DNA from: Candidatus Babeliales bacterium
GTDB lineage: Bacteria > Babelota > Babeliae > Babelales > Vermiphilaceae
Assembly (NCBI GenBank): GCA_963743635.1
Contig: CAVUQO010000003.1
Coordinates: 480,001 to 544,000, forward strand
DNA length: 64,000 bases
Direction of reading: 5' to 3'
Under the pieces are notes generated by a model, which saw only the letters and a program-made list of their open reading frames with translations, searched no databases and was not told the origin of the DNA. This document shows, one piece after another, positions 41,332-51,499 of this stretch (position 1 is its first letter; each line of letters opens with the position of its first letter). The translations under genes were made by a program, and so were the position numbers.

Positions 41332-42038
41332 TGAATCGTTTTGTATTTATTATCGTCATGATCTGGTCTGCAGCATCATATAGCGCGACGAATCAAGAAC
41401 TTTTTTTACGCGGGAACAAAGCATATCAAGAACAAGCATATCAAGATGCATTGCATTGTTATGAAGAAATTGCGGATAAAGGTGAAGCCGTTTGGCATCA
41501 TATGGGCAACTGCTGCTATTATCTAGGAAAACCCATCGAAGCTCGTGTGTATTGGCAACGAGCAAAACGGCATGCCGCATATCATGACTACGTTGCATTA
41601 GAAACACAGCTTGCGTTATTGGATGCAGAGGAGCAAGATGTAACGCCATCAATGTTCAGTTCATGGATTTCGTGGATGAGAGCGCATACGGCATCATGGT
41701 CGCTCTTGCTGATACAACTGCTGGCGCTCATTTTTTGGTTTGCTCTTTTTATTTCAGTACGCAAAGATACGCATTGGAGCATAATGCTCACATTAGCACT
41801 TTTAAGCGGCTTTTTTATTTGGTTGAGTCTTGATTTACATGACCAACGATGTCGTATCTATGGAGTGACAATAGAAGAAATTCCGGTTTATATTGGGCCC
41901 CATAGTTCCTATCATGAGCAGGGCGTTGTGCAGTATGCGCGCACGGTGCACATCACTGATGAGCGGGAAGGATGGTACAAAATTGCATATAAAGGGTTGG
42001 CGGGATGGGTTCAAGCTGATAAACTAGTCAAAGTTTAA
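41328..42038 (+). CDS. batE: BatE-like TPR + SH3b protein
   Basis: GNKAYQEQAYQDA TPR, two TM segments, EGWYKI...GWV SH3b. Confidence 0.8.
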   Translation: MMNRFVFIIVMIWSAASYSATNQELFLRGNKAYQEQAYQDALHCYEEIADKGEAVWHHMGNCCYYLGKPIEARVYWQRAKRHAAYHDYVALETQLALLDAEEQDVTPSMFSSWISWMRAHTASWSLLLIQLLALIFWFALFISVRKDTHWSIMLTLALLSGFFIWLSLDLHDQRCRIYGVTIEEIPVYIGPHSSYHEQGVVQYARTVHITDEREGWYKIAYKGLAGWVQADKLVKV

Positions 42039-43043
42039 TGAATTCACACCCTCACGAAATTAAAAAAAGGTCTCATCATTAAGTACCGCATTCATCAAGT
42101 CAGTAAGCACATAATTCCGTTTCTTTTTGTTGCAATGAGCGTGATTCTTGGTCTACTCGTGACCGAATATTACCTCTTTAAAAAACAAGCAGTACGGATG
42201 TCTGAGCTGAAAGAAGACTACCGGAGTCATTTGACAGCAGTAAAACGCGTGTTAACTGAATATTATAAAATTAAAGAACGACTGGCTTTACTAGAGGATC
42301 AAACTTCCGACGAAAAAAAAAACGACTTAATGCTTAATGATTCTGTGTTTCCTGAGGATGCGCGAGTATACTCGAGTGATGATGTAGAAGACGTTGAATT
42401 TATGGTCGTGAACCGTGATCTTGCATATTTAAAGCAATCAACGATCGATTATATACAATCGGTTAAGCTCGATTCATTGATGACCTCATTGGATGTGAGT
42501 AGCTGGCAAGAGTACACGGATGAGGTAGCTGATTCGCATCATAAGAAATCAAGAAAGAGACGTTCAAAATCGACTATTCCAAAAAAATCGTCATCAGCGC
42601 GTAAGGATATATCGCCTGCATATCAAAAAATTAAAAAAGATCTTTCGTTGACATGGCCAGTGGATCGTTCTCAATGTTGGTTGAGTTCTCATTATGGCCC
42701 ACGCAGAAAACAGGATGGAAGCTTGGGCTTTCATTATGGGCTTGATATGGCAGCAGTGCGTGGAACACCGGTGTGTGCCGCTGCAGCCGGCGTGGTCGTA
42801 CAAGCAGGGTATGTGAGTGGGTATGGCAATGCGATCGTGATCGAACACAATCGTAAATACCGTACGCGTTATGCGCATCTTGATAAAATATTGGTAAAAG
42901 TTGGAAAAAAGGTATCACAAAATCAATGTATTGGAAAAGTGGGAGACACTGGATTTATTCGTAAAAAAGGACGAGATGGTTCGCATTTGCATTTTGAAGT
43001 ATTAGCGTTTGGCAAACAAATGAATCCGTTATATGTGCTTTAG
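42038..43043 (+). CDS. M23 family peptidase (true start probably 42038, one extra A in run 42062-42068)
   Basis: HYGLD, GYGN, YAHL, HLHFE; ATG overlapping the batE stop joins the frame if one A is removed. Confidence 0.88.
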
Positions 43044-43051
43044 GGGCCACT

Positions 43052-44050
43052 ATGGAAACGACACGTCCATCATATGCGCGCAGCGCATATGAAACGATAA
43101 AAGAAATTACGATACTCCTATTGATTGTGTTTATGATACGAACCTATGTTTTTGGGTTATATCAAGTGCCCAGCGGCTCTATGGAAAAAACAATGTTCGT
43201 AGGAGAACGATTTTTGGGTGAGAAATTTTCATATTTGTTGAGAAAGCCTTGCGCTGGAGAAGTGGTTGCATTCAATGCACCGACGTATCCTTATGCGTCA
43301 AATCCGATTCATCGATTATTTCAAGAATATGTATTGGGGCCCGATAACTGGACAAAGCGTGTGATTGGGGTTCCAGGAGATCATCTTAAGGGGGTCATTG
43401 AAAACGGATGTCCGGTTATTTATCGCAATGGTGAAAAACTGCATGAGCCTTATGTCAATGATTCGCCGTTGGTATATGTGTTGCCGGCAGGCGATCATGC
43501 ATTGCGCGCACAAATTGCCGCGGAATTATTACGGCAAGACTCTCCCGTTGCCCATTACAGTCCAGATAAAATTGATGAACTCGTTACGCAATTGATCAAA
43601 GAGCATATACATATTCTCAAGGATCATTGCACTCCAAAAAGTTATAATCCAGACTATTCAATCGAAGCACAACCATGGTATCGCATGAAAGATCTAACAT
43701 TGTTAGCGGATGCCCAGGGAAACATTGTGTATGAAATGCCCAATACGCCCCTTACTCATCATGATATGGAAATCAATACCAATAATCCAAACCAAAAATT
43801 TAATGGTTCCGATGAATTTGACATACATCTGGGCGCAGATGAATATTGGTTGATGGGCGACAATCGTTTAGGAAGTACCGATTCGAGATTTATTGGGCCG
43901 ATTGCAGGAAGGTTGATCCATGGTAGAATTGTATTTAGAATTTGGTCGATAGATAGTGATGCATCCTGGTGGTTGCTCGATTTAATACGAAATCCGATAG
44001 ATTTCTGGTCTCGTATTCGATGGAATAGATTTTTTCAAATAATTACATAA
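43052..44050 (+). CDS. lepB: Signal peptidase I (paralog 1)
   Basis: VPSGSME (Ser), KRVIG (Lys), GDNR..STDSR. Confidence 0.93.
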   Translation: METTRPSYARSAYETIKEITILLLIVFMIRTYVFGLYQVPSGSMEKTMFVGERFLGEKFSYLLRKPCAGEVVAFNAPTYPYASNPIHRLFQEYVLGPDNWTKRVIGVPGDHLKGVIENGCPVIYRNGEKLHEPYVNDSPLVYVLPAGDHALRAQIAAELLRQDSPVAHYSPDKIDELVTQLIKEHIHILKDHCTPKSYNPDYSIEAQPWYRMKDLTLLADAQGNIVYEMPNTPLTHHDMEINTNNPNQKFNGSDEFDIHLGADEYWLMGDNRLGSTDSRFIGPIAGRLIHGRIVFRIWSIDSDASWWLLDLIRNPIDFWSRIRWNRFFQIIT

Positions 44051-44065
44051 AAAGAGGATTGCGCA

Positions 44066-45004
44066 ATGAGCAGAGTAAAAGTTACCCGTTCAAAATTAAC
44101 TTCGGATATTATAGAATTGGCCTTCTTATTGGCGATTGTATTTCTAGTGCGAACCTATGGATTTGGCTTATACCAAGTGCCGAGCGGTTCAATGGAAACA
44201 ACGATGTTGGTTGGAGAACGGTTTTATGCGGACAAATTTTCATATGCATTTTTAAATAAGCCGCAAGTGGGAGATGTTATCGCATTCAATGATCCCCGAT
44301 TTGTCTACTCAAAAAATCCGATAAAGCGATGGTTCGAATATTATTGCCCTATGCCCTTCGGTATAGTTCCTGGTCCTGCTAATTTCACCAAACGTATTAT
44401 CGGCGGACCCGGCGATCATATCAAGGGTGTTGTCGAAGATGGCAAGCCGGTCATCTATCGCAATGAGCAGAAAATGGACGAACCATATTTGAATAAATAT
44501 CCGATTATTCTCGTGTTTAAAAATAAATCTGCTTCATTGATGGCACAACTTGATACGTTGGCTCGCTGTGGATTTGAAGGATGTGATGAAGATAAAATGC
44601 CATTCAGATCATATGATCCTAGTGTGTCTTGGGAAAAACAAAAATTTTATCACATTGATCCGGCAAATATCGTGATAGCACCAGAGACGGGCGCACCGGT
44701 CATCAGAAACCCTGGAGAGCCAGTCTTTGCCGGCACGATGCATGGCCCGCGCAATATGGATGAATTTGATATCAAGCTCGGTGATGATGAATATTGGGTT
44801 ATGGGCGATAATAGACGCGGGAGCGGTGATAGTCGGTTCTTTGGTCCAATCCATCGCACCAAGACCTATATTCATGCAAAAATCCTCTACCGCATTTGGT
44901 CTATAGATAGCGATGCCTGGTTCTGGGTATTTGATCTTATCCAACATCCGATCGATTTCTTTAAGCGCGTTCGCTGGGATCGCTTCTTCCAACGGGTAGT
45001 ATAA
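44066..45004 (+). CDS. lepB: Signal peptidase I (paralog 2)
   Basis: VPSGSME, KRIIG, GDNR..SGDSR. Confidence 0.93.
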   Translation: MSRVKVTRSKLTSDIIELAFLLAIVFLVRTYGFGLYQVPSGSMETTMLVGERFYADKFSYAFLNKPQVGDVIAFNDPRFVYSKNPIKRWFEYYCPMPFGIVPGPANFTKRIIGGPGDHIKGVVEDGKPVIYRNEQKMDEPYLNKYPIILVFKNKSASLMAQLDTLARCGFEGCDEDKMPFRSYDPSVSWEKQKFYHIDPANIVIAPETGAPVIRNPGEPVFAGTMHGPRNMDEFDIKLGDDEYWVMGDNRRGSGDSRFFGPIHRTKTYIHAKILYRIWSIDSDAWFWVFDLIQHPIDFFKRVRWDRFFQRVV

Positions 45005-45105
45005 GGTAGTTTAAAGCTGATAAAGAGCCAAAAGATGTTGCAGCTTTCTTAATTTATGCTACATTAAAGGTTCTTAAAACACTGTCATAATTCGATTGAA
45101 ATCAT

Positions 45106-45627
45106 ATGTTTAGAAAAATATCACACACAGCAGTTTATTCTTGGGTTTTAGCGTTGGCTCTTTTGCCGGGCTGTTTCTGGGATAAAAACAAAGAAACTCC
45201 TGCCCAAGAAGAGCAGCCAACAGTGATGGCTCTGAAAGAAGGCTTATTCGTGGTGAACGTTACTGATAAAAATCAGTACGATGATTGCCATATTAAAAAT
45301 TCGATTCGGGTAAATCTTGATGAACTTCATGATTTTGCCAACACCCTGGACAAAGAAAAAACAGACCTTGTTTTTTACTGCAGCAACTATCGATGTTCAG
45401 CAAGTGGCATGGCAGCGCAAAAGTTTATAAAGCTTGGCTTTAAGAATGTAGCGGCGTATGAAGGTGGCATCACTGAATGGTACCAAAAAGGGTTACCAGT
45501 TGAGGGTCCAGCGCAAGAGCCCTACCTGAAGAAAGAAAATAAAGCGATACCGCATGAAGATGCAATGATACCAGTGATCGACGCAGATACACTTGCTGAG
45601 AAAATGGGATTATCCTTACCTGCGTAA
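45106..45627 (+). CDS. Rhodanese-like lipoprotein
   Basis: Lipobox LPGC; CHIKNSI, VFYC, YEGGITEW. Confidence 0.85.
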   Translation: MFRKISHTAVYSWVLALALLPGCFWDKNKETPAQEEQPTVMALKEGLFVVNVTDKNQYDDCHIKNSIRVNLDELHDFANTLDKEKTDLVFYCSNYRCSASGMAAQKFIKLGFKNVAAYEGGITEWYQKGLPVEGPAQEPYLKKENKAIPHEDAMIPVIDADTLAEKMGLSLPA

Positions 45628-45635
45628 AAGAATAC

Positions 45636-45706
45636 GGCGGCATAGCCAAGTGGTAAGGCATGGGTCTGCAAAACCCTGATCCCCGGTTCGAGTCCGGGTG
45701 CCGCCT
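45636..45706 (+). tRNA. tRNA-Cys(GCA), CCA not encoded
   Basis: GGCGGCA/TGCCGCC acceptor stem, CTGCAAA anticodon loop, GGTTCGAGTCC T-arm. Confidence 0.95.
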
Positions 45707-45791
45707 CGTAAATTTTACTTTCATTAGTAAAAAACAGATCAACCAGAATCTTTAAAAAATTGAATTCTCCAGTATAATGGATTTATGGTGT

Positions 45792-45879
45792 GCCGGGATG
45801 GCGGAATTGGTAGACGCAAAGGACTTAAAATCCTTCGGGCTTAATGCCTGTGCCGGTTCGAGTCCGGCTCTCGGCACCA
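45792..45879 (+). tRNA. tRNA-Leu(TAA)
   Basis: GCCGGGA/TCTCGGC stem, CTTAAAA anticodon loop, long variable arm, encoded CCA. Confidence 0.95.
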
Positions 45880-46280
45880 GTCTTCGCTTATTCAGTCTTC
45901 GCTCCTTTTTGGAGCTACGTCTGACAGGCCGGGCCTGTCTTCATGAATCCGGCAGCGTCCGACATAGCCGTAGGCGACGACGGAGCCTTCCTGCTCGGCA
46001 AGCTTCGTCTGGCTTCGCCATTTTTCCACAGAATTTACATTAATAGTAAAGAAGGATAAAGCGAAGACTGTCCGACCGAAGCCGAAGGCGTAGACGGACC
46101 TCCGTATAGAAAAACTTGCTGACTTGGTTGTGCATAGTCGTAGCATTTAAAATACATGCGTGGACGAAGAAAGCTTTCAGCTGACGAGGATTGAAAAATG
46201 AATGGCAGGCCAATTCCCCCTAGGCGGACCTCCATATAAAAAGCTTTAGCAAATTCATTGCTTTCAGCTGAAGAGAATTA
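45880..46280. repeat. Cluster of REP-like palindromes downstream of tRNA-Leu
   Basis: Repeated CTTCGCT..GCTACG, GCTTCGTCTGGCTTCGCCA, GCCG(T/A)AGGCG, CGGACCTCC.TATA (x2), GCTTTCAGCTGA (x2). Confidence 0.65.
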
Positions 46281-46392
46281 AAATAAAGAACTTCTGTGAA
46301 AATATTGTTTGAATAGAGGCAATAACATGCTGATCTGATCAAAAAACAATCCCCCCAAAAAATAAAATTTTCTGAATTAAAACAACTTGAGC

Positions 46393-46438
46393 TTGACAAA
46401 AAAACTGTATTTTCTAATGTACAAACTAGTACTAGTTT
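46393..46438 (+). promoter_or_regulatory. Sigma70-like promoter of HU with adjacent perfect 16-bp palindrome
   Basis: TTGACA-16 nt-TAATGT, then AAACTAGTACTAGTTT (46423-46438). Confidence 0.5.
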
Positions 46439-46471
46439 TGTTTGCTTTCAAGAACTATCAAAGGAATTTGT

Positions 46472-46744
46472 ATGAATAAAGCAAAACTCGTTGAGCACAT
46501 GGCCAAAGTAACTAAGCTACCTAAGTCAACGTGCAAAGAGTGCTTGGAAGCTTTTATTACAACAGTTGGAGGATCTCTTAAGCAGGGTAAGCCCGTTGTG
46601 CTGACCGGCTTTGGAACTTTCACAGTTCTAAAAAGAAAAAGTAGAATCGGTGTGAATCCCGTAACTGGCAAGAAAATGACCATTCCTGCCAAGAAGGTTC
46701 CGAAATTCCGTCCAGGAAAAGCTCTACAATTATTGGTAAAATAA
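46472..46744 (+). CDS. hup: HU family DNA-binding protein
   Basis: MNKAKLV, GFGTF, RIGVNPVTG, IPAKKVPKFRPGKAL. Confidence 0.95.
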   Translation: MNKAKLVEHMAKVTKLPKSTCKECLEAFITTVGGSLKQGKPVVLTGFGTFTVLKRKSRIGVNPVTGKKMTIPAKKVPKFRPGKALQLLVK

Positions 46745-46772
46745 GTCGCGTAAAAGCGAACTGAACTATTCC

Positions 46773-46806
46773 CAAAGGGCATCAGCAGTAGCTGGTGCCC
46801 TTTGTA
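46773..46806 (+). terminator. Intrinsic terminator after hup
   Basis: CAAAGGGCATCAGC-AGTA-GCTGGTGCCCTTTG. Confidence 0.7.
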
Positions 46807-46926
46807 TTTAATGCGTGTACGAACTAAAAGTTTCATCGCGCGTGCCCAAGAGTTGATTTTTATTCATAACGCTGTCTATACTTCTTTACATAAATGATAT
46901 CTATTCAATAAAAAGGAGTATTCGTA

Positions 46927-47343
46927 ATGAATGAAGAATTACTGATCGAGGATGACGTGGTAGTTAATCAACAAGGGTTGTTGGATACTCTTAAGGAATA
47001 TCTCAATCCAAATACGTGGGTGAAAAAATTAGATCTTTCAAAACAAAAATTGTTCGAGCTTGCGATATATTTAGCTATCGGTTTTACGCTCGGATTTCTT
47101 GTTAAAAAATATGCAGACTTTTTGGTTTCGGCTGCCATTGTTATCGCTTGCTTTGTTGCCCTCCATTATTTTGGTTTTCTTGATATCGTGGTGCATATGG
47201 ATAAGGTGCAATCAGTGCTCGGTATTAAAGTTCCTGCATTTCAATCAGATTTGCTCGCGCATATTTGGGATTGGATCAAGATGAATGTTGCCATTGCGGT
47301 AACGCTTGTGGTTGGTTTTTTGATTGGCCTCAGGGTTGCTTAA
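46927..47343 (+). CDS. Small membrane protein, FUN14-like
   Basis: GFTLGFLVKK, two to three TM segments, C-terminal GFLIG. Confidence 0.6.
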   Translation: MNEELLIEDDVVVNQQGLLDTLKEYLNPNTWVKKLDLSKQKLFELAIYLAIGFTLGFLVKKYADFLVSAAIVIACFVALHYFGFLDIVVHMDKVQSVLGIKVPAFQSDLLAHIWDWIKMNVAIAVTLVVGFLIGLRVA

Positions 47344-47357
47344 CATAAGGAAGTGGT

Positions 47358-47963
47358 ATGGCAAGTACGCATACATTTGTAGATGGTTTTCTGGATGTGC
47401 TCGTTCGTATGAACGTGATGAAAAAAGATGAAGCGCAGGCAGCAGATAAAGCATTTCATGATGCAGCAAAAGAAAATTTCGTCGATTTCTTGCTTGAAGA
47501 AGGGCTCGTTGATCGGGATGACATTCTCGTTGCATTGAGCCAGTTTTATCAAGTGCCATACTTTGATGTAGTAGGACATTTCTTTGAATTGCACTTATTG
47601 CATCAGTTTCCCAAAGATGTATTGCTCCGTAATGCATTCATTCCTTTGGAAGTGGATGAAAACATGCTCATAGTCGTTGCGAGTGAGCCAGATAATCCAG
47701 AACTTCTCAATATTATTGGTGAGTATGTTTCGTATGATGTTCAGTTGGATGTCGGTATTCGTCTTGATATTACCGATGCGATCAAAGAATATTATGAAAA
47801 ATCAATTACTGAGGTTGATGAAGATCTTGATTTGCGTGAAGAACGTCGGTTAGGTAATCAAGAGCACCAGCAAGAACTGCATGAGCAAGAGATTTTCTAT
47901 GGCGAAGATGAGATCGCCGAAGGATTTCAAGAAGTAGTATTTGATGACTCTGATGAAGACTAA
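47358..47963 (+). CDS. Stand-alone GspE/PilB N-terminal (MshEN/T2SSE_N-like) protein with acidic tail
   Basis: FLLEEGLV..DILVALSQFYQVPYFD, FIPL, LIVVASEP, ITDAIKEYY. Confidence 0.8.
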   Translation: MASTHTFVDGFLDVLVRMNVMKKDEAQAADKAFHDAAKENFVDFLLEEGLVDRDDILVALSQFYQVPYFDVVGHFFELHLLHQFPKDVLLRNAFIPLEVDENMLIVVASEPDNPELLNIIGEYVSYDVQLDVGIRLDITDAIKEYYEKSITEVDEDLDLREERRLGNQEHQQELHEQEIFYGEDEIAEGFQEVVFDDSDED

Positions 47964-47975
47964 TAAATAAGGTGA

Positions 47976-49148
47976 GTGCCATTCATGACATCGCGTGATG
48001 AAGAATCGATCGTTGATTTAGTTGATGCGCTCATAGAACGTGCGGTTCTATCGGGCGCATCTGATATTCATATCGAGCCATATAGAACCGAAGCAAAGAT
48101 TCGCTATCGTCATGACGGCGTGTTGCATGATCAAAATTCAATTCCCTATCGCTGTATGCAGCAGGTTATTGCGCGATGCAAGGTGCTCGGTGCTATGAAT
48201 ATTGCAGAGCGCCGCATTCCTCAAGATGGTAAATTCAATAAAAACATTAAAGGTAACTTCATCGACTTTCGCGTCTCCACATTCCCCGGGATGTACGGAG
48301 AAAAAGTCGTAATTCGTATTCTCGATCGTTCACACAATATGATCACACTCGATCATGTAGGACTATCTCCAGCGCTTTGCAGTTCATTTCGCGAACTGCT
48401 GCATAAATCAAGCGGCTTTCTTTTAGTTGCCGGACCAACCGGTTCCGGTAAAACTACCACCCTCTATGCAGGGCTTGCAGAACTTAATAATCATGAACGC
48501 AATATCATAACGCTTGAAGATCCGGTGGAATATGATTTGCCGGGCATTACGCAAGGGCAGATTCGTGCCGATGTTGGGTTCACCTTTGAGAAAGGTATTC
48601 GCGCGATTTTGCGCCAAGATCCTGACATCATCATGATCGGCGAAATGCGTGATACAGAGACGGCTCAAATTGCCATTCAGGCAGCATTAACGGGACATGG
48701 TGTTTTAAGCACGGTACACACCAATGATGCGCCGAGCGTCATTATGCGTTTGATTGATATGGGTATTGAACCCTTTCTCATCAATGCGGCCGTGAGCGGC
48801 GTACTGGCGCAGCGGCTTGCGCGTACCATCTGCACTGCGTGCAAAGAATCGTATCAACCATCAGCCGATGAAAAGGCCATGCTTGAACGGCTTGGTTCAT
48901 CGATTTCAACGCTCTTTAAAGGAGTTGGATGCACTGCATGCGATGGGCATGGCTATAAAGGCCGTATCGGCATCTTTGAGTTGCTCATTATCGATAGTGG
49001 ACTGCGTGCACTTATCATGCGCGATCCATCACGAGACGTGTTATATAAACATGCATATGCACAAGGATTCCGATCGTTAATGCATGATGGTCTTGAAAAG
49101 GTTGAGCAGGGCATTATTACCTTGCAGGAATTGGTACGGGTTGCATAA
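47976..49148 (+). CDS. PilB/GspE-type secretion/pilus ATPase lacking its N-terminal domain
   Basis: ASDIHIEP, ERRIPQDG, GPTGSGKTT, LEDPVE, LRQDPDIIMIGEMRD, AALTGH, CxxC..CxxC. Confidence 0.93.
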   Translation: MPFMTSRDEESIVDLVDALIERAVLSGASDIHIEPYRTEAKIRYRHDGVLHDQNSIPYRCMQQVIARCKVLGAMNIAERRIPQDGKFNKNIKGNFIDFRVSTFPGMYGEKVVIRILDRSHNMITLDHVGLSPALCSSFRELLHKSSGFLLVAGPTGSGKTTTLYAGLAELNNHERNIITLEDPVEYDLPGITQGQIRADVGFTFEKGIRAILRQDPDIIMIGEMRDTETAQIAIQAALTGHGVLSTVHTNDAPSVIMRLIDMGIEPFLINAAVSGVLAQRLARTICTACKESYQPSADEKAMLERLGSSISTLFKGVGCTACDGHGYKGRIGIFELLIIDSGLRALIMRDPSRDVLYKHAYAQGFRSLMHDGLEKVEQGIITLQELVRVA

Positions 49149-49213
49149 GCCTTATCTAGCGCTTATCACCCAACCTGGTATACTGAAAAATATCAATTTA
49201 ATAAGGGTTTTTC

Positions 49214-49996
49214 ATGTTGCAGGTTACCAACCTTTGCGTCACTCATAACGAGCAGATTATTCTCCATGATATTTCGCTGACCGTTCAGCCGGGAAGCATT
49301 CATGCGATCATGGGCCCCAATGGGTCAGGAAAAAGTACGTTCGCAATAGCCCTTATGGGGCATCCGCTATATGCCGTGAAACATGGTTCCATTATCTATA
49401 ATGGTGAAGATATCACCGCATTATCCCCGCATCTACGTGCCAAAAAAGGCATATTTCTTTCATTCCAGCATCCGATTGCCATTCCGGGCGTAACGCTTGC
49501 AACGATGCTCAAAGAAGCGCAGCAGGCGATTACGGGTATTGCGCTTGAGGTTATTGCATTTCGTACGCAACTTTACGCAGCGATGGATCTTTTAGATATT
49601 CCGCACGCATTTGCCGATCGCCCGATCAATGAAGGCTGTTCAGGTGGTGAGCGTAAACGGCTTGAAATGCTGCAACTTTTGATCTTAAAACCATCGCTCG
49701 TGATTCTCGATGAAATCGACTCGGGATTGGATGTGGATGCATTGCAGTTGGTTGCCAAAGCACTCATGACCGTGCACGCAGCAAATCCTTCCATGAGTAT
49801 TCTTATGATTACTCACTATAATCGCATCATCCAATACATTGCGCCTGACGCGGTGCATATGCTCGTCGATGGACGCATTGTGCAATCAGGCGATCGTACG
49901 CTCGTTGATACCATTGAACAACGCGGCTATTCCTCGAAGGCGTCCGTTCATGGTGACCCATCGACTAGCACAGCAGAACGGTGTATCGAACCATGA
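49214..49996 (+). CDS. sufC: Fe-S assembly ATPase
   Basis: [41 protein letters not shown]. Confidence 0.93.
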   Translation: MLQVTNLCVTHNEQIILHDISLTVQPGSIHAIMGPNGSGKSTFAIALMGHPLYAVKHGSIIYNGEDITALSPHLRAKKGIFLSFQHPIAIPGVTLATMLKEAQQAITGIALEVIAFRTQLYAAMDLLDIPHAFADRPINEGCSGGERKRLEMLQLLILKPSLVILDEIDSGLDVDALQLVAKALMTVHAANPSMSILMITHYNRIIQYIAPDAVHMLVDGRIVQSGDRTLVDTIEQRGYSSKASVHGDPSTSTAERCIEP

Positions 49997-51373
49997 GGCA
50001 CAGCAAGAAAACAGCTAAGCAGCATGCGTATAGCTATGTGGCCGAAAAGGGCCTTAATAGAATGCTGGTTGCTCAAATTTCGGAACAAAAAAATGAACCG
50101 GGTTGGATGACCGATTTTCGTCTTGCGGCGCTTGGAACTTTTGAACGTTTGCCGATGCCAACATGGGGCGCTGATCTTTCTGCATTTCGATCCGTATGAT
50201 ATTTATTACTATGTAAAGCCAATTGAAGGGCAGCATAATTCCTGGGAACTGAAGTGCCTCGATGCATATTAAAACTACCTTTGAAAAACTGGGCATTCCG
50301 CAAGCAGAACAAAAATTTTTGGCCGGTGTTGGCGCGCAATATGAATCGGAAGTGATTTATAAAAGATTGCAAAAAAATGGGCAGATACAGGGTGTTATTT
50401 TTCTGGATATTAGCGCAGGCATTCAAGAATATCCTGAGATAGTAAAAAAATATTTTGCCACCGTTATTCCGCCACATGATAATAAATTTGCTGCACTCAA
50501 TTCTGCCGTGTGGAGTGGCGGCAGTTTTGTCTATGTGCCGCAGGGCGTGCATATTGATATGCCATTGCAGGCATATTTTCGAATCAATGCGCCGAGCATG
50601 GGGCAATTTGAGCGAACGCTAATCATCGCTGAGCCGGGCAGCTTTGTGCATTATGTGGAAGGTTGCAGCGCGCCGCTATATCGCAAAAATTCATTGCATA
50701 GTGCGGTGGTGGAATTAATTGCGCTGAATGATGCGCATATTCGATATACCACAATCCAAAATTGGTCAAATAATGTGTATAATTTGGTCACAAAGCGTGC
50801 TATTGCTCATAAGAATGCCACCGTTGAATGGGTTGATGGAAATTTTGGCAGCAAAGTGACCATGAAATATCCGTGCGTCATTTTAAAAGAAGAGCGCGCA
50901 AAAGCGCAAATTATTTCAATTGCCGTTGCCGGCAAAGGCCAACATCAAGATGCGGGCGGAAAAGTGATTCATCTTGCGCCGCATACCACATCCAATATTG
51001 TTTCAAAATCAATTTCACAAAGATGGTGGCCGATCGAGTTATCGTGGATTATTAAAGATTGCTAAAAGGAGCAGCATGCCCATGCGCGCGGTGCAATGTG
51101 ATGCGCTTATTCTTGATGACGATTCCCGCTCCGATACTTATCCACGGTTGATAGTGAATAATGAAACGTCGATATTGGGCATGAGGCAACGGTGAGCAAA
51201 ATTAATGATGAGCAAATTTTTTATCTGATGAGCCGCGGCCTTAGCTGAAGCAGCTGCGCGCGCACATGATTGTGAATGGCTTTATTGATGCATTTGTCAA
51301 AGAATTGCCGATGGAATATGCGGTTGAGATCAATCGGCTGATTGCGCATGAAATGGAAGGATCAATCGGCTAA
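49993..51373 (+). CDS. sufB: Fe-S assembly protein SufB, split by several apparent indels
   Basis: [44 protein letters not shown], terminal [15 protein letters not shown]. Confidence 0.92.
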
Positions 51374-51410
51374 TTCCTCGACGCGTTGCACTTGCTCAGG
51401 GCGAATGGGA
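51374..51410 (+). repeat. REP-like copy directly after sufB
   Basis: CCTCGAC...GCTCAGGGCGAATGG matches CTCAGGGCGAGCGG in metG. Confidence 0.55.
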
Positions 51411-51499
51411 GAGGGATTTACATCAAAGAAATATATAGTATGATCTCCCGATGATATTAAAGTGAACCATTAATAAAATTCATACATAAAGGTTTGATC

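Noticed and set aside
45777..46235. ORFs overlapping tRNA-Leu and the downstream repeats
   Set aside because: Translations of tRNA and palindromic DNA
45636..46470. Prophage or island integrated at the tRNAs
   Set aside because: No integrase and no duplicated tRNA 3' end seen; housekeeping genes on both sides
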